Positions 1 through 8,774 of a stretch of 64,000 nucleotides of DNA are shown piece after piece. The stretch lies in IMG/VR virus record IMGVR_UViG_2654587976_000001, positions 64,871-128,870 of that record, one strand, 5' to 3'. Source of the DNA: a virus (taxonomy: Duplodnaviria > Caudoviricetes). The notes beneath the pieces are model-generated. The model had not been told where the DNA came from. It saw nothing but the letters and a program-made list of their open reading frames with translations, and did no database searches. The stretch's first letter is position 1. Every line of letters starts with the position of its first letter. A program made the translations under genes and the position numbers.

Positions 1-7
1 TGGGGGC

Positions 8-580
8 TTGTTGATGGGTATTATCATTACTCTTATTTTTATCCTTATTTTTAATTTTCTTTATCAACTATACCAAGCAAGTAGATGTGAAAAATTACAA
101 GAATGGTATGAACGTTGGCTCCTTGATGAAAATTTTAAAAAGGATTTAAACGAATATAGAATGGAGGTTAGAAATCTTGTTACTAAAGCAGGGTTCAAAG
201 ATGAAGCCATGCCATTTGAAGAACCGATCGGAGGAGGACATATTAGAACAATGACAGTTGTTCCTATTGATCAGTTTCCAACAAGGGTTGAAGCGATTGC
301 AATTGCCATATTAAGAACCCTAAGCGCTGCCAAAGGCGTATACAAAAAAAGAATGTTGGCATCTGTTAATCCAATTAAGTGGTTAGAATTTCTTATCTTT
401 TTACCTGCAATAATTATCAATTATTTAGGTTTAAAGAAAGAAAGTGTTCTATCAAAATTTTTTAATTTAATTTGGTGGTTTATTGGTGTAGTTATTATTC
501 CAATTTTAATAACAACTTATGCAAATGAGATCGGAGCTATTGTAAAAAGAATAATCAGCTATATGCAAGCATTAATTTAA
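8..580 (+). CDS. Hypothetical membrane protein
   Basis: 190-aa ORF with hydrophobic N- and C-terminal segments. Confidence 0.7.
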   Translation: MLMGIIITLIFILIFNFLYQLYQASRCEKLQEWYERWLLDENFKKDLNEYRMEVRNLVTKAGFKDEAMPFEEPIGGGHIRTMTVVPIDQFPTRVEAIAIAILRTLSAAKGVYKKRMLASVNPIKWLEFLIFLPAIIINYLGLKKESVLSKFFNLIWWFIGVVIIPILITTYANEIGAIVKRIISYMQALI

Positions 581-614
581 TTAAAACTACGATTTTAAAG
601 GGGGAGGATGACTT

Positions 615-842
615 ATGGCAGCCAAAATGATAACTGTCTGGTACAAATACGATGAGAGAGGCGGTAAAACCCAACTGAATCATATTGAAGATGGATGGGC
701 GCACGGAGATTATCCAAAGCCTATATATCCGTCATTCACAAATCAAGAAGCATGGAAGAAAAGTGATTGGGAGAGGAAACATGCTTATTTAGATGAACAC
801 TATCAAGTATTGAGCGTTCCACCAGCGAATTGGATTAAATAA
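615..842 (+). CDS. Hypothetical phage protein
   Basis: 75-aa ORF with strong GGAGG RBS. Confidence 0.75.
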   Translation: MAAKMITVWYKYDERGGKTQLNHIEDGWAHGDYPKPIYPSFTNQEAWKKSDWERKHAYLDEHYQVLSVPPANWIK

Positions 843-1065
843 TGAATTTAATAATGTTCACGGCAAGTATAAAGGCGGATGTTCCAAAGAAGATATATCC
901 ATAGCTCTTTTTTTTCTTTGAAAGTAATTCCAGCCCGACCATGATAAAAAGAACTGCAACTAATACCTGAAGAGAAATCAACAGGAATCCACTTTGATTA
1001 AACAGAGAATACACGGCTAGTAACAACGCCATAAATGAAATGAGAATTTTTATAGCTTTTAGCAT
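835..1065 (-). CDS. Small 3-TM membrane protein
   Basis: Hydrophobic 76-aa ORF, AGGAG RBS on minus strand. Confidence 0.7.
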   Translation of the reverse strand: MLKAIKILISFMALLLAVYSLFNQSGFLLISLQVLVAVLFIMVGLELLSKKKKSYGYIFFGTSAFILAVNIIKFII

Positions 1066-1171
1066 GCAAACACTCCTAAGGTAATTTGGTTAACCTTATC
1101 ACGTTGCAGACTTTTTTTGCAGAGGAAAAGGGATCAAGAACAAGCATTATTTTATAGGGGGAGACGAATAA

Positions 1172-1396
1172 ATGATCAAGGTTTATACAAGAGGTCATAA
1201 GATACCAGAAAAGATTAAGTCCTGCATCTCTGAATGGAATTATTGGTCTTGGATTGTTGCATCAAATAGTGAGAAGGGTAATAAAAGTGCAAAGCGGCTT
1301 ATTGAAAAGATTGAATCGGATCCAGACAAAATTGCGGAATATAAAACTGAAGACGGAATTGAAGTATATGTAAGCTACATGGATCCAGTGAAATAA
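1172..1396 (+). CDS. Hypothetical protein
   Basis: 74-aa ORF with RBS. Confidence 0.7.
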   Translation: MIKVYTRGHKIPEKIKSCISEWNYWSWIVASNSEKGNKSAKRLIEKIESDPDKIAEYKTEDGIEVYVSYMDPVK

Positions 1397-1410
1397 AAAA
1401 GAGCATTAAA

Positions 1411-1593
1411 CTAAATGCTCTTCTTCATACCACACCTACGACACTCACGTAAAAACACACCACTTTTCACTGAACTCTTGAACAAAGCATAATCACAGTT
1501 GTCACAGCGGCCATATTTAACATCGGGATACTCCTTATAATCATAAACAACAGTTACATCGTACCCGTTAGTCTCAAAATCTTTCTCTTCCAT
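1411..1593 (-). CDS. Small zinc-ribbon protein
   Basis: Two CxxC motifs; GGTGA RBS. Confidence 0.7.
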   Translation of the reverse strand: MEEKDFETNGYDVTVVYDYKEYPDVKYGRCDNCDYALFKSSVKSGVFLRECRRCGMKKSI

Positions 1594-1663
1594 TAAATTT
1601 CACCTACACAAAGTATTTAACACTACTATAATACCAGACGATGTATATAAGGAGGGGTTTTAT

Positions 1664-1920
1664 TTGATTGGAATAGCATATTTCTTAATACTCTGGCTGG
1701 GTATTGGCTTTCTGACAGGATTTAAGGCCTTATTCGTTGATCAGGTTTATGATGAAGAGTTTAAGCAGGAACTGATTGATTCATTTTCACCAGGTATGGA
1801 GCAGAATATGATTGAACTGTTCTTTAAGAATAAAATAAAATAAATATCATGGTGTTTTACATATTAATTGGATTGCTGCCACTGGCCATAAAAATTGCTG
1901 GTCTGCTGAAGAGGAGTTAG
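1664..1920 (+). pseudogene. yopE: YopE-like membrane protein, frameshifted by one extra ATAAA unit
   Basis: TTG start after AAGGAGG; stops at KNKIK*; removing 5 nt at 1830-1844 restores an 83-aa protein ending ...LLPLAIKIAGLLKRS*. Confidence 0.75.
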
Positions 1921-1922
1921 CT

Positions 1923-2138
1923 ATGCCGGTTATCGATACCTTTTTTGTTATTCAATTTGAAAATGATGATTACTTCAAGTCATTTAAAGTAGATGGAAGT
2001 GGTTATAAGACATCTAAGGGGCTTCATAGCGCTTCTAAGTTCACTACAATGTCAGAAGCCTTAGCGATCGCAAATGAGCTACATATGGAGTTTAAAGCCA
2101 CTTCTGCCATAAGGCAAATTGAAGTTATTACTAGGTGA
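1923..2138 (+). CDS. yopF: YopF-like protein
   Basis: 71 aa, recalled similarity and synteny. Confidence 0.7.
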   Translation: MPVIDTFFVIQFENDDYFKSFKVDGSGYKTSKGLHSASKFTTMSEALAIANELHMEFKATSAIRQIEVITR

Positions 2139-2149
2139 GGAGTGTTCAG

Positions 2150-2281
2150 GTGTACTGGATTGAATGGATTGAGGATGGGGAGAAGAAAAGTATTGTTGCT
2201 GAGGGCTGGGTGGAATGGGTCACAATCCTGGAAGACCTTTATCAGCAACGATTTGAGTATGTTGAATGGAAGAGAATTTAA
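2150..2281 (+). CDS. yopG: YopG-like 43-aa Trp-rich protein (not in ORF track)
   Basis: GTG start after GAGGAG; MYWIEWIEDGEKKSIVAEGWVEW... Confidence 0.7.
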   Translation: MYWIEWIEDGEKKSIVAEGWVEWVTILEDLYQQRFEYVEWKRI

Positions 2282-2329
2282 AAAACACAAGTCTAAATAA
2301 AATTAATGTAAAGGGAGAAGGTTTTTAGA

Positions 2330-2875
2330 ATGGAAGAATTAAATCATTATAGAAAATGCCTTAATGTGAATTACGAATCCATTATTTTATTGGTAGCAAC
2401 CCCAAAAGGGAAATATCCTTCAAAAAGTGTTGATTTAAAAACAAAAGAATTTGTTAATGAGATATTATATAAAGAGTATTACATTGATATTTATGAAAAA
2501 GGTAAAAAAGAAATTCTTCAGGATACAGCGTTTAAACTTTTTACATTGCCATTAATCGGAGATTCATTTGATCGCAAAGTAAATAGGACTGTTGCGAATA
2601 GCAGGGCATCTGAAGATAAAGTTGAGGCATTTTTTGTGTTACAAAGTATTAATAAAGAATTTCAAGAAAACAATTCAAATATCAACATAGATAAAGCAAT
2701 AAAGAGAGGAGAAGAAAGTGCTAAACTCTTTTTAAATTGTTACCCATTAGGTACACATGATGTTTCCGTGATACCGGTTGAAAGAGGGAACGAAGGGGTA
2801 GAGCTATTACTTGACATGAAGTTTAAAGATAATGCCTCTGAGTACTATTTTGATTTCACATATTTTGGCGGTTGA
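2330..2875 (+). CDS. Hypothetical protein
   Basis: 181-aa AT-rich ORF. Confidence 0.7.
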   Translation: MEELNHYRKCLNVNYESIILLVATPKGKYPSKSVDLKTKEFVNEILYKEYYIDIYEKGKKEILQDTAFKLFTLPLIGDSFDRKVNRTVANSRASEDKVEAFFVLQSINKEFQENNSNINIDKAIKRGEESAKLFLNCYPLGTHDVSVIPVERGNEGVELLLDMKFKDNASEYYFDFTYFGG

Positions 2876-3213
2876 TGGACATGGATGAAACATTTATCAA
2901 TAATCTAAATAAGAACAAATTTGATAATGAAGAGTTTAAAAATGGTTTTAGTGCAGGAGCTGAATACAAAGATCAAATGGAAAAACGGATACGTGATCTT
3001 GAATCAGTGTTGCTTGGGTTTATTGGGTATGAAGACGAGTGGCTACTAACAAAAGCAGGTTTAAATAAACGTACTAAGTCAGTCTTAGTCAACATGATTA
3101 TTGATCAGCGAAATCTTACCCGTGCTCTTTATAAAAAATTAGATGAAGAAACAAAAAAGAAATTAAAAAGTGAAATTGAGATGTGCATTTGGCCGGGAGA
3201 AAGTGAGCAATAA
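2872..3213 (+). CDS. Hypothetical protein
   Basis: 113-aa ORF overlapping the previous stop. Confidence 0.65.
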   Translation: MMDMDETFINNLNKNKFDNEEFKNGFSAGAEYKDQMEKRIRDLESVLLGFIGYEDEWLLTKAGLNKRTKSVLVNMIIDQRNLTRALYKKLDEETKKKLKSEIEMCIWPGESEQ

Positions 3214-3295
3214 AGACAAATACGTTTAATTATACGTATCGAATTTGCAAACTTTTTAAATGTATTTATAATCTTCAATAAGGAGTTGATTATAA

Positions 3296-3706
3296 ATGAA
3301 TTGGGTATCTTACCCCTCTATTTTACACTTTGCAAATGATGGTATTACAGTAACCTTTCCAGACCTTCCTGGGTGTGTAACCTGTGGATCGAATGACACA
3401 GAGGCAATTAGCATGGCAAAAGAAGCTTTAGGGCTTCATTTATATGGGTTAGAAATGGACGGAGAGAAGTATCCTGGCCCTTCACCGTTTTCGGAAATTA
3501 AGACAGCGGAAAATGAAGTTGTGTGCTTGATTGATATACCTATGCATGCATTCCGCGATGAATATAGACGTAAATCAGTCAAGAAAACATTAACTATTCC
3601 TGCGTGGTTGAATGAAGTGGCTGAAGAAAAGAACATTAATTTTTCTCAGGTGCTGCAGGATGCATTAAAAGATAAACTCGGACTAAATATCTTTAAGGCA
3701 CAATAA
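3296..3706 (+). CDS. hicB: HicB-family antitoxin with no adjacent hicA
   Basis: V-x-FPDLPGCVT-x-G...EA..MAKEAL N-domain and C-terminal KKTLTIPAWL RHH-like region. Confidence 0.88.
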   Translation: MNWVSYPSILHFANDGITVTFPDLPGCVTCGSNDTEAISMAKEALGLHLYGLEMDGEKYPGPSPFSEIKTAENEVVCLIDIPMHAFRDEYRRKSVKKTLTIPAWLNEVAEEKNINFSQVLQDALKDKLGLNIFKAQ

Positions 3707-3776
3707 GAATCCTTATTGTGCCGGTTTACATAAAATACGAATTTTAAACAGATAAGTATTCCTTAAAAAATAATTA

Positions 3777-3826
3777 GCATAAAAATAAAATAAATACTTG
3801 TAATTCTGACAACTCTAATGTATATT
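3777..3826 (+). promoter_or_regulatory. SigA promoter of aimR with upstream TAAAAATAAAATA element
   Basis: TTGTAA 3798-3803, 17 nt, TG-TATATT 3821-3826. Confidence 0.65.
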
Positions 3827-3867
3827 ATAAACAAGGGAACATTAGTTGGGAAGGGGTGGAGTAACCA

Positions 3868-5007
3868 ATGAATCTTAAGCAGATGATTAAGAATGAATGT
3901 GAAAAAGACAACCAGCTCGCAGCGAAACTCTCAAAAATAGCAGGGTACGAAAAGGTTAATGGTTTTTACAAATTCATCAACACCCCAGAGAAAGAAATGG
4001 ACAACTTAGGCGGTTTAATTAATATTGTTAAAAGCTTGTTTCCTGATAATGAGGAGCAGCTTCTAAGTGATTACTTCTTATCACTGGATCCCAACAAAAA
4101 ATGCGCTAGACAATCTGTTGAATACTCCGATATCAATCAATGGGATTCATTAACAGACAAGATTATTTTAAATTTATGCCACTCAAAAAACACAACAAGT
4201 CAAGAATGGGGTAACATCTACAACATACATAGAAAGCTATATAAAAACGAAATCTCAATACCAGAAGCAATAAGAGAATGTGGGAGATGTAAAGCTCCAG
4301 AAATGTCATTTTTTTCAGATGCAATGCTGATGTATAAATACTTGAATATTGGTGAGTTCGGATTGATGAAAAGCACCTTAACACTTTTAGATTTTAAAAG
4401 CTTACCAGAAGGATTTATAAAAGATTCGTACAAAAGTAGAGTGTCAATGTTAAAAGCGAATATAAGCTTAAACGAAAACAATTTAATCGAAGCAAGGAAA
4501 CATTCAAATATTGCAATAATGCAGTCCAATGTGAACCGAATATGTTTCTTTGCACATCTGACAATAGGTAATACCCTAATTTTCGAAAATTATGAAGAAG
4601 CTATGCTGGCGTATGTTGAGGCAAAGAAGTATGTTCTGAATGATACTCATGAAGAAATGCTAAATGGCGCTCTTTGCTTCTTAGCTAATGTATGGAACAA
4701 GGAAAATCTATGGGTTAACTATGAATCAAATGAAATCAAATATCAACAGCTAAGGGCTTTTTATTACATAAAAAGTAATAATCTCGACAAGGCTAACGAA
4801 TTATTAGAAAGCTTATCAAAAAGAGATCAAGATGAAAATGAATTAGGATTTTATTTTTATTATAAAGGTTTAATATCGAGGCAAAAATCTGATTTTTTTA
4901 AATCAATAACATATTTTAAAGAATCAGATGATAAATATTTTATCCAATTGGCAATAATAGAACTCGAAAAATTAGGCTGTGACCCGGAGCTGCTAAATTT
5001 AATTTAG
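3868..5007 (+). CDS. aimR: Arbitrium receptor AimR (RRNPP family, HTH plus TPR)
   Basis: 379 aa; AimR-like N-terminus (KLSKIAGYEKVNGFYKF); directly upstream of the SAIRGA peptide gene. Confidence 0.97.
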   Translation: MNLKQMIKNECEKDNQLAAKLSKIAGYEKVNGFYKFINTPEKEMDNLGGLINIVKSLFPDNEEQLLSDYFLSLDPNKKCARQSVEYSDINQWDSLTDKIILNLCHSKNTTSQEWGNIYNIHRKLYKNEISIPEAIRECGRCKAPEMSFFSDAMLMYKYLNIGEFGLMKSTLTLLDFKSLPEGFIKDSYKSRVSMLKANISLNENNLIEARKHSNIAIMQSNVNRICFFAHLTIGNTLIFENYEEAMLAYVEAKKYVLNDTHEEMLNGALCFLANVWNKENLWVNYESNEIKYQQLRAFYYIKSNNLDKANELLESLSKRDQDENELGFYFYYKGLISRQKSDFFKSITYFKESDDKYFIQLAIIELEKLGCDPELLNLI

Positions 5008-5036
5008 AATTTAGTACTTGAAAGGAGGTGAATTTA

Positions 5037-5168
5037 ATGAAAAAAATTATTTTCGGTACAGCCATTTTAGCATCATTAGCAATTTCATTCATTGCAGGTC
5101 AACATTCAGTTAATACGGCATCAGCTTCTGATGAGATCTCTGTAGCAAGTGCAATTCGGGGAGCTTAA
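5037..5168 (+). CDS. aimP: Arbitrium pre-pro-peptide AimP, mature signal SAIRGA (not in ORF track)
   Basis: AAAGGAGGTG RBS; MKKIIFGTAILASLAISFIAGQHSVNTASASDEISVASAIRGA*. Confidence 0.98.
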   Translation: MKKIIFGTAILASLAISFIAGQHSVNTASASDEISVASAIRGA

Positions 5169-5200
5169 TAATACAACAGGATACTACATAATCAATGGTT

Positions 5201-5234
5201 AGACGTTTGATCCAGTGGATCAGGCGTCTTTTCT
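5201..5234 (+). terminator. Intrinsic terminator after aimP
   Basis: AGACGTTTGATCC-AGT-GGATCAGGCGTCT hairpin followed by a T-run. Confidence 0.85.
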
Positions 5235-5246
5235 AATTTTAAGAGA

Positions 5247-5283
5247 ATGTTCCAGAAATTCATAATATAAAAAACAAGAACAT
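5247..5283. promoter_or_regulatory. AimR operator
   Basis: ATGTTC-N25-GAACAT: 6-bp inverted repeats 25 bp apart, between the terminator and the aimX RBS. Confidence 0.9.
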
Positions 5284-5295
5284 GGAGGAATTAAA

Positions 5296-5451
5296 ATGAA
5301 AAAGCATTTCGGACAATCACTTTCTTATGAGGATATGGCTAAGGGATACATGGAAATGGGAGACCTTAACTTAGAAATTTCCCAGGAAGATAATCATCTT
5401 GAAAATGAAGCAGAAATGGTTAGATCAAAATATAAAGCAAAGGTATCCTAA
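5296..5451 (+). CDS. aimX: AimX, 51-aa MazE-like protein (not in ORF track)
   Basis: GGAGG RBS; MKKHFGQSLSYEDMAKGYMEMGDLNLEISQEDNHLENEAE... resembles the Bacillus MazE C-terminal helix. Confidence 0.93.
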   Translation: MKKHFGQSLSYEDMAKGYMEMGDLNLEISQEDNHLENEAEMVRSKYKAKVS

Positions 5452-5514
5452 TGAAGATTAAAGTCAAATCAGCAGACATTTTAACACATACATAGGGGAT
5501 GTGTTATTTGTCTT

Positions 5515-5564
5515 GAATAAAAATAAAATAAATTGTTGCATATTATTCTAGCAACATATATAAT
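5515..5564 (+). promoter_or_regulatory. SigA promoter of the sro operon with TAAAAATAAAATA element
   Basis: TTGCAT 5536-5541, 17 nt, TATAAT 5559-5564. Confidence 0.75.
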
Positions 5565-5600
5565 GAAGTTACAAGATGAACGTTGTTGGGAGATGAAACA

Positions 5601-5813
5601 ATGGAAACAACCAGTGCCACTCAAAAGGAAGAGTTGAAGATTACATCATTAAGACAATATCAATACATAAAACAACTAAAGAACTTCACACGAGTCAATC
5701 TCCACCTAGAGGATCCAGATGTGTTTACACCTAATAATGTAACTACAATGAGAAAAAACCATAAAGAATACAACCTCATTAAAGAACAAAAAAATTCTAT
5801 AAAATGTATTTAA
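5601..5813 (+). CDS. yopM: YopM/SroA-like small protein
   Basis: First ORF after aimX; METTSATQ... start preferred; synteny. Confidence 0.6.
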   Translation: METTSATQKEELKITSLRQYQYIKQLKNFTRVNLHLEDPDVFTPNNVTTMRKNHKEYNLIKEQKNSIKCI

Positions 5814-5827
5814 GGAGTAAAAATAAA

Positions 5828-6058
5828 ATGAATAATAAATATTATACAGAAGAAAACAAGGCTAAAGTTTGGAAAAAGCATATGATCGTTTTAAAGTTTC
5901 TAGAGCAGCCTGAGATAGCAGTAGCTTATAATGAGTTCCTACGAAGAGAAGCGACAAGTGATGAATGGGTTGGGTTCGAAGAGGAGCTTTATGAGGAATT
6001 GACGGGGATGCCAATTATAAACGTCTGTAAGGACGAGAGGGTAAATGTCCTAAACTGA
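5828..6058 (+). CDS. SroB-position protein (phi3T_93-like candidate)
   Basis: AAGGAG RBS before MNNKYY; position in the sro operon. Confidence 0.6.
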   Translation: MNNKYYTEENKAKVWKKHMIVLKFLEQPEIAVAYNEFLRREATSDEWVGFEEELYEELTGMPIINVCKDERVNVLN

Positions 6059-6096
6059 ATTTTATTATAGGATAAAAATAAATTAGGTGTGATAAA

Positions 6097-6261
6097 ATGA
6101 ATACAGACATCTTAATTAACGCTCTTAAAGAATACGACATGTTAAAGCAAATGGAAATCTGTAACGCCAATATAATGCTGCTGAGTAATATTCAAGGTGA
6201 GAATGAATGGATTGTTGCGTGGAAAGAATTTGATCAATACTTAATGAAAAAAATGATATGA
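6097..6261 (+). CDS. 54-aa SroC-position protein (not in ORF track)
   Basis: AGGTG RBS; MNTDILINALKEYDML...; fills the gap before yopP. Confidence 0.65.
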   Translation: MNTDILINALKEYDMLKQMEICNANIMLLSNIQGENEWIVAWKEFDQYLMKKMI

Positions 6262-6270
6262 GGTGTCATT

Positions 6271-7329
6271 ATGGAAGCTCAAAAGAAAGCGTCAACACTA
6301 AGGGATTATTCAATATACAATAACATAAATAGGTGGTTTGATGAATTAGATTTAAGAAACAGGGATCGAGAAACTGGAGAAATTGAAAAGTCTAATACTA
6401 GAGCCACGTATGAAAGGCATATAAGAGAGTTTTTCAACCACTATGCTGCCAAGGATATTGAATATTTAACTGAGAGTGACCTGGCGATTAAGAAGAGTGA
6501 CCTGTATGATTATCGAACCCATTTGGCTAAAAATAAAAGCAACTCCAATTCAACAATTAACAATAAGATTGCCGCACTGAAAAGTATGATTAAGTACCTT
6601 GAATCTGAACATGAGTGTGATGCATCTGTATTTAATTTTAGACCTCTTCCAACAGAAAAGAACCCAGCAGGCTCTTTTGAAGGAATATCTGAAGCTGATG
6701 AATTTGCTGAGGTAGCGTATGTTACTGAGCGTCAGAACAGATTAATGAAAAAGATGTTTATTTTGTTTAGTGCACGTACTGGTGGGCGTAAATCAGAGGT
6801 GCTTAGAGTTGGGTGGGATGATATTACTTATTCAGAAAAGCACCAATGCTATCTCGTCAACTTTAAAAAAACTAAGCAAAAAAAGGCTAGACCAGTTGGG
6901 ATTTCCACTGCTTTTTATGAAGAGTTGTTGCTGTTAAAGCAAGAGTATGTGGAACATGAGCTTTTATTTCATAAGTTAACAGTTGATTCAATACAGGATA
7001 TGTGGAATCGCGTATGTAGAGTTATGGGCATTCCCAAAGAAAGAAAGATAACTCCGCATAGTTTACGCAATACTGCAACAAACTTTTCTTACAGCGTTAA
7101 TGGTGATATTAAAAAAGTGGCAGCGTTCTCTGGCCACAGTAATATCAATACTTTAAATGACCATTATTTAGTCAATGAAAGGGATTATTCTCAAGATCCA
7201 GGGGTTTTGGTTGATCAAAAAGAAGACATGTCCTTTTTAGAAGATGTTACCTTAGAGCAATATAAAGAATTCTTTTTAAAATCAGACATGTATATACAGA
7301 ATAAACTTAAAATGTTTTTGAACAAGTGA
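6271..7329 (+). CDS. yopP: YopP/SroD tyrosine-recombinase-family protein
   Basis: TGGR, KTK, HSLR, SGH and DHY motifs; synteny. Confidence 0.9.
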   Translation: MEAQKKASTLRDYSIYNNINRWFDELDLRNRDRETGEIEKSNTRATYERHIREFFNHYAAKDIEYLTESDLAIKKSDLYDYRTHLAKNKSNSNSTINNKIAALKSMIKYLESEHECDASVFNFRPLPTEKNPAGSFEGISEADEFAEVAYVTERQNRLMKKMFILFSARTGGRKSEVLRVGWDDITYSEKHQCYLVNFKKTKQKKARPVGISTAFYEELLLLKQEYVEHELLFHKLTVDSIQDMWNRVCRVMGIPKERKITPHSLRNTATNFSYSVNGDIKKVAAFSGHSNINTLNDHYLVNERDYSQDPGVLVDQKEDMSFLEDVTLEQYKEFFLKSDMYIQNKLKMFLNK

Positions 7330-7405
7330 TACAAATAATCATATAAAAGCTTTACTTGCTTATGAAAATAATGATAAATTTAATATGATTATGTGAGGTG
7401 ATAAT

Positions 7406-8755
7406 GTGTCTGAAGTTTTGTTGACAACGGATAAACTTTATAAGTTAAAAACTGAAATAGAGGAAAATCTTAATGATATTAAAAATGATCCCAATATGGT
7501 GAAGGAATTAAAAGCCACAATGGCGGACAAATACAAGGCACTCCCTGGTTATATCCAAGAAATTTTAAATAATAATGATAACAACGTACAGCGTTTAAAC
7601 GAAAAAGAAGTGTACATTGTTTCAAAAGAGATGTATTCAATTCTTGGGACGCAAGCCTTAGATCCGTCAAATTATTTTCCAACCAGATTGGCAAAAGAGC
7701 TTGAAGGTGGGAGAGTATTCGCCGGTGAAGAAGTAGTTAAGCTCCCATACAAGTTTAAAAATGTGATTAAAATTAAAGAGGATAACTATGTCACTTCCAT
7801 TACTGCCAAAGAACTGAGTGAGTTATATAATAGCTCCATCCTGCAGTACAATTACAACACTCAGCGTGAAGGAAAGTACATTAAGGGCAGCCTTATCCCT
7901 GTACCTAAAACAAATCCTAAATCAGTCGATGAGATCAAAGAATTGTTTATTAAAGGCGATTTAATTGTGTCAATGTTAACTTTTAACGCTCGTCTTGGAA
8001 CTTCTGATGGTGATGAAGAAGTTGAATATGATCCAAGCGATCAAACCCTCACTGTAACACGAGGAACCTTATTAGATGCTCTAGATGGGTACCATCGAAT
8101 TTCAGGTATTGTTAAGGCCATTGCTGAAGTCCCTGAATTAGATCAACCATTCATTTTAAATGTGCTCAATTATGATGAAGAAAAGGCTAAGGTTCACTTT
8201 GCTCAAATGAATACAATAAACCCAGTTGAAAAATCCAGAATTGAAGAATTAGGACAAAAACGGTATTCTTCAACCGTGGTCGAGCAACTGAAATTTAAAA
8301 GTGAACTTAAAAATAAAATAAGCCCACAAAGTGACATTGGTCTTGATAGCAATTTCCTTGTGACATATTACACTTTATCCGAAGCTATAGACGATGCATT
8401 TGAGTTGAAATCTCGAAAAGATGCATTAAAAATTTCAAAATACCTGGTTGACTTTTTTGATAACCTTTTTTATGCTTTCCCAGATGAATTTCTTGAAGAT
8501 GATTTATCGTCCATTAGAAAGCAATCATATATTAATCATAACGTAATGTTTTACGGTTATGTTTATTTGGCCAAGAAGATGAAGGAAAACAATATAGAAC
8601 TAAACAAGCTTGAAAGTATCCTTAATACAATTGACTTTAGTAAAAGCGGAAGAGTGTTTGAAGAATTAGGAAGACAAAATAATGAGATTCAACTAAAGAA
8701 TGTTATGAAGAAGAAACTTAAGCGAATATTTTATGATGAAATTGCTGTTGTTTAA
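7406..8755 (+). CDS. yopQ: YopQ/SroE DndB/ParB-like protein
   Basis: LDGYHR (DGQHR-type) motif; synteny. Confidence 0.85.
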   Translation: MSEVLLTTDKLYKLKTEIEENLNDIKNDPNMVKELKATMADKYKALPGYIQEILNNNDNNVQRLNEKEVYIVSKEMYSILGTQALDPSNYFPTRLAKELEGGRVFAGEEVVKLPYKFKNVIKIKEDNYVTSITAKELSELYNSSILQYNYNTQREGKYIKGSLIPVPKTNPKSVDEIKELFIKGDLIVSMLTFNARLGTSDGDEEVEYDPSDQTLTVTRGTLLDALDGYHRISGIVKAIAEVPELDQPFILNVLNYDEEKAKVHFAQMNTINPVEKSRIEELGQKRYSSTVVEQLKFKSELKNKISPQSDIGLDSNFLVTYYTLSEAIDDAFELKSRKDALKISKYLVDFFDNLFYAFPDEFLEDDLSSIRKQSYINHNVMFYGYVYLAKKMKENNIELNKLESILNTIDFSKSGRVFEELGRQNNEIQLKNVMKKKLKRIFYDEIAVV

Positions 8756-8774
8756 AGCCTAAAGGAGAATTAAT

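Noticed and set aside
7406-8755. Phosphorothioation (dnd) system suggested by the DndB-like motif
   Set aside because: No dndA/C/D/E genes; the context is the SPbeta regulatory operon
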